Of a stretch of DNA of 64,000 nt, positions 61,437 to 64,000 are shown piece after piece. The stretch lies in the NCBI GenBank assembly GCA_041636995.1, contig JBFKRY010000001.1, positions 1,482-65,481 of the forward strand. Reading direction: 5' to 3'. Position 1 is the stretch's first letter. Every line of letters starts with the position of its first letter. This DNA comes from Acidimicrobiales bacterium. GTDB lineage: Bacteria > Actinomycetota > Acidimicrobiia > Acidimicrobiales > UBA8592. The notes below the pieces were generated by a model. The model was given only the letters and a program-made list of their open reading frames with translations. It searched no databases and was not told where the DNA came from. Made by a program: the position numbers and the translations under genes.

Positions 61437-63193
61437 GCACCCGGTCGGCGCCCGCCCGCCCGGCGCCCGACGCCGCGCCGGGAGGCGATGCGGCCGCGCC
61501 GGGAGGTGGTCCCCGCCCCCTCCACGTCCGCTGGCTCGGGCGGGCCCGCTACCGCGACGTCCTGGCGGTCCAGCACGCCCTGTTCGCCGGCAGCACCGAC
61601 GACCACCTGCTGCTGGTGGAGCATCCCCACGTGTTCACTCTGGGGGCCCGCGGCGACCGGCGGCACATCCTGGCCGACCCCGACCGGATCGGCGCCGAGG
61701 TGGTGGAGGCCGACCGCGGCGGCGACGTCACCTACCACGGGCCGGGCCAGCTCGTCGGCTACCCGATCCTCACCCTGCCGGGCAAGCGAGGCGGCGGCAT
61801 GGCCGACACCGCCCGCTATGTCCGCTCGGTCGAGCAGCTGCTCGTCGACGCCCTCCGCGAGCTCGGCCTCGGCGGGTGCGGGCGACTCGACGACTACCCG
61901 GGCGTCTGGGTCGAGCCCGACGGCCCCGAGCCCCGCAAGATCGCCGCCATCGGGGTGCGCCTCAGCCGGGGCCGGTCGATGCACGGCTTCGCGCTCAACG
62001 TCGATCCCGACATGGCCTACTTCGAGGCCATCGTGCCCTGCGGCATCGCCGACAAGGCGGTCACGTCGCTGCGGTTCGAAGGCATCGACGCGTCCATGCG
62101 CGACGTGACCGAGGCGGTCGCGGACCTGGCCATCGGCCGGTGGGGGAGCGCCGGCTCGGATCGCGCCGACGTGGCGTGGCGAATCGGGCCTGGCGACCTG
62201 AGCGCCTTCAGCCGGGGCCAGGGCCCGGGGGCGGTTCCGCGGGTGGGCGACGCCCAGCCACGGCCCCCGGCCAGCGACGAACTGGTGCCAGTGCGTCTGC
62301 GGGGCCGGCTCGCCGAGGCCGGGGTCCACCAGGGCATGCCCATCACCGAGCGCAAGCCGGAGTGGATGCGGGTCAAGGCCGACATGGGGCCCGGGTACCG
62401 CCGCCTCGAGCGGGTCGTGCGCGACCTCGAGCTGGTCACGGTCTGCCAGGAAGCCGGCTGCCCGAACATCTTCGAGTGCTGGAACGACGGGACCGCCACC
62501 TTCATGATCCTGGGTGAGCGCTGCACCCGGAAGTGCGGCTTCTGCCTCGTCGACACCCGCAAGCCCGACCCTCCCGATCGGGACGAGCCCGCCCGGGTCG
62601 CCGAAGCCGTCGCCCGCATGGGCCTCGAGTACGCCGTGATCACCATGGTGGCCCGCGACGACCTGGCCGACGGAGGGGCGAGCGCGGTGGCCGCCACCAT
62701 CGAGGCGGTGCGGGCCCGCAACCCCGGCACCAGGGTCGAGGTGCTCGTCTCCGACATGAAGGGCGACCCCGAGGCCCTGGAGGTTGTGTTCGACGCCCGG
62801 CCCGACGTGCTCGACCACAACATCGAGACCGTGCCCCGGCTGCAGCGGGCGGTGCGGCCCTCGGCCGGCTACGCCCGCAGCCTCGCGGTGCTCGCTCGCG
62901 CCGGCGCCGCCGGGCTGGTCACCAAGTCCTCGATCATCGTCGGCATGGGCGAGACCCACGACGAGGTGGTCGCCACCCTCCACGACCTGCGCGCCGTCGG
63001 GGTCGACATCGTCACCATCGGCCAGTACCTGCGCCCGACCACCAACCACCTGCCGATCGCCCGGTGGTGGCGGCCCGAGGAGCTCCGTCGGCTGGCCGAG
63101 ATCGGCGAGGCCATGGGCATCGCCCACGTGGAGGCCGGCCCGCTCACCCGGAGCAGCTACCACGCCAGACAGGCCGCAGCCGCGTCGCGGTGA
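61433..63193 (+). CDS. lipB/lipA: Single ORF spanning octanoyltransferase LipB and radical-SAM lipoyl synthase LipA
   Basis: GTG at 61433 overlaps the E2 stop (GTGA). LipB part: ...LLLVEHPHVFTLG...DRGGDVTYHGPGQLVGYPI...KIAAIGVRLSRGRSMHGFALNV...PCGI. LipA part: ERKPEWMRVKA...CQEAGCPNIFECW...CTRKCGFCLV...TKSSIIVGMGET...SSYHA. No stop codon lies between them in the supplied ORF 60869..63193. Confidence 0.8.
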   Translation: MSTRSAPARPAPDAAPGGDAAAPGGGPRPLHVRWLGRARYRDVLAVQHALFAGSTDDHLLLVEHPHVFTLGARGDRRHILADPDRIGAEVVEADRGGDVTYHGPGQLVGYPILTLPGKRGGGMADTARYVRSVEQLLVDALRELGLGGCGRLDDYPGVWVEPDGPEPRKIAAIGVRLSRGRSMHGFALNVDPDMAYFEAIVPCGIADKAVTSLRFEGIDASMRDVTEAVADLAIGRWGSAGSDRADVAWRIGPGDLSAFSRGQGPGAVPRVGDAQPRPPASDELVPVRLRGRLAEAGVHQGMPITERKPEWMRVKADMGPGYRRLERVVRDLELVTVCQEAGCPNIFECWNDGTATFMILGERCTRKCGFCLVDTRKPDPPDRDEPARVAEAVARMGLEYAVITMVARDDLADGGASAVAATIEAVRARNPGTRVEVLVSDMKGDPEALEVVFDARPDVLDHNIETVPRLQRAVRPSAGYARSLAVLARAGAAGLVTKSSIIVGMGETHDEVVATLHDLRAVGVDIVTIGQYLRPTTNHLPIARWWRPEELRRLAEIGEAMGIAHVEAGPLTRSSYHARQAAAASR

Positions 63194-63206
63194 CCAGCGG
63201 GCCAGG

Positions 63207-63641
63207 TCAGGCCCCGGTGAGCTCGGCCGCGGCCCAGCCCTTCCACTCGATCGGCGCCACCGCCACCACGGGGCCGGCCGGTGGGCGCTCGGCGTACTGG
63301 GGGTGCCGGGCGGCCAGGGCGTCGATGGCCCGTTCGGCGGGTTCGCCCTCGCCCAGCTCGCTCGCGAGCCCACGCATGCGCACCCACCAGAGCCGGGTCC
63401 AGTCGTCGTGATAGCGGTCGAAGAGCACGGTCACCTCGGGGTTGGCCGCGATGTTGACCAGTCGCTGCAGTCGGTGCGTGGTCTTGGGCTTGTGATCCAC
63501 GGCGAACACCAGGCGGTCGTCGGCAAACGCGAACACGATCGGCACCAGGTCGATGCGACCGTCGGGGCGCAGGGTGGCCAGCCGGGCATCGGGCACGGTG
63601 GCCGCCAGCGTCCGGCAGGTAGTGGCGTCGAGCTGGCTCAC
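63207..63641 (-). CDS. PPOX-class (pyridoxamine 5'-phosphate oxidase-like), probably F420-dependent, oxidoreductase
   Basis: GTG at 63641. Product ...ARLATLRPDGRIDLVPIVFAFADDRLVFAVDHKPK...NPEVTVLFDRYHDDWTRLWWVRMRG... Longer alternative starts would overlap the divergent M24 gene. Confidence 0.65.
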   Translation of the reverse strand: MSQLDATTCRTLAATVPDARLATLRPDGRIDLVPIVFAFADDRLVFAVDHKPKTTHRLQRLVNIAANPEVTVLFDRYHDDWTRLWWVRMRGLASELGEGEPAERAIDALAARHPQYAERPPAGPVVAVAPIEWKGWAAAELTGA

Positions 63642-63717
63642 CCCGCCATCGTGCCACGGCAGGCGACCGGGCCCAGCCGAGCACGGCACCGCCTCGAGCA
63701 CGGCATAGCCTTGAGCC

Positions 63718-64000
63718 ATGTTCGCCGAGCGGATCAACCGGGCGCGAGCCGCCCTCGCCGAGCAGGGGCTGGACGCGCTGCTGCTGTCGGTCGGGGCCGA
63801 CCTGCCCTACTTCACCGGGTACGAGGCCATGCCTCTCGAGCGGCTCACCATGCTGGTGCTGCCCGCCGACGCCGAGGCCACCCTGATCGTCCCGGCCCTG
63901 GAGGCGCCCCGGGTGGTCGAGCGCCCCGACGTGTTCTCGCTGCGACCGTGGGGCGAGACCGAGGACCCCATCGCCATCGTCGCCGGTCTGCTCGGCGGAG
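63718..64000 (+). CDS. M24-family Xaa-Pro peptidase (creatinase-like N-terminal domain); 3' end outside the window
   Basis: ATG at 63718, open to the window end. Product MFAERINRARAALAEQGLDALLLSVGADLPYFTGYEAMPLERLTMLVLPADAEATLIVPALEAPR... Not in the ORF track because no stop is reached. Confidence 0.65.
   Translation, partial: MFAERINRARAALAEQGLDALLLSVGADLPYFTGYEAMPLERLTMLVLPADAEATLIVPALEAPRVVERPDVFSLRPWGETEDPIAIVAGLLGG

Overview
Very GC-rich, gene-dense window that looks like an Actinomycetota chromosome. No homology search was possible, so every call rests on motif and domain recognition in the supplied ORF translations, checked against the nucleotide sequence for start codons and gene junctions. 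Most long ORFs in the track are antisense or out-of-frame shadows typical of high-GC DNA and were discarded. Layout: (1) nt 1-21.8k is housekeeping. It holds a helicase 3' end; a split Fe-S (suf) system (sufD-Rieske-sufC on +, sufC-sufS-sufU on -, no sufB seen); an ECF sigma/YciI pair; a DUF222-HNH gene broken by an in-frame TGA; an S8 protease with a Trp-pentapeptide repeat tail; aceE; and an RNase HI fused to a YpsA/SLOG-like domain. (2) nt ~22.0k-56.6k is one large cell-envelope glycan locus, mostly in translationally coupled operons with ATGA/GTGA start-stop overlaps. It contains a Pgl-like module (PglF/E/D/C-like enzymes plus an MsbA/PglK-like ABC exporter), seven GT4 genes and one GT8, two sulfotransferases, two methyltransferases, two polysaccharide deacetylases, acyltransferases, a nucleotide-sugar dehydrogenase, a DUF4012 protein, an LPXTG protein, a Wzz/BY-kinase, and a decaprenyl-phospho-arabinose module (dprE2, UbiA-type transferase, dprE1). 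At the locus edges sit parts of a poorly understood peptide-chaperone/kinase set: an HprK-like kinase fused to a PqqD-like domain, a stand-alone PqqD protein, and an 'uncharacterised nucleotidyltransferase'. (3) nt 56.6k-64k holds a perfect 15-bp tandem repeat array, a c-di-GMP protein, lpdA, an E2 acyltransferase, a single ORF that reads through lipB into lipA, a PPOX/F420-type protein and the start of an M24 peptidase. Best leads: the kinase-PqqD/PqqD/nucleotidyltransferase set embedded in a probably sulfated glycan locus; the RNase HI-SLOG and LipB-LipA fusions; and two short tandem-repeat arrays in regulatory positions. No rRNA, tRNA, CRISPR array or transposase was recognised by eye.
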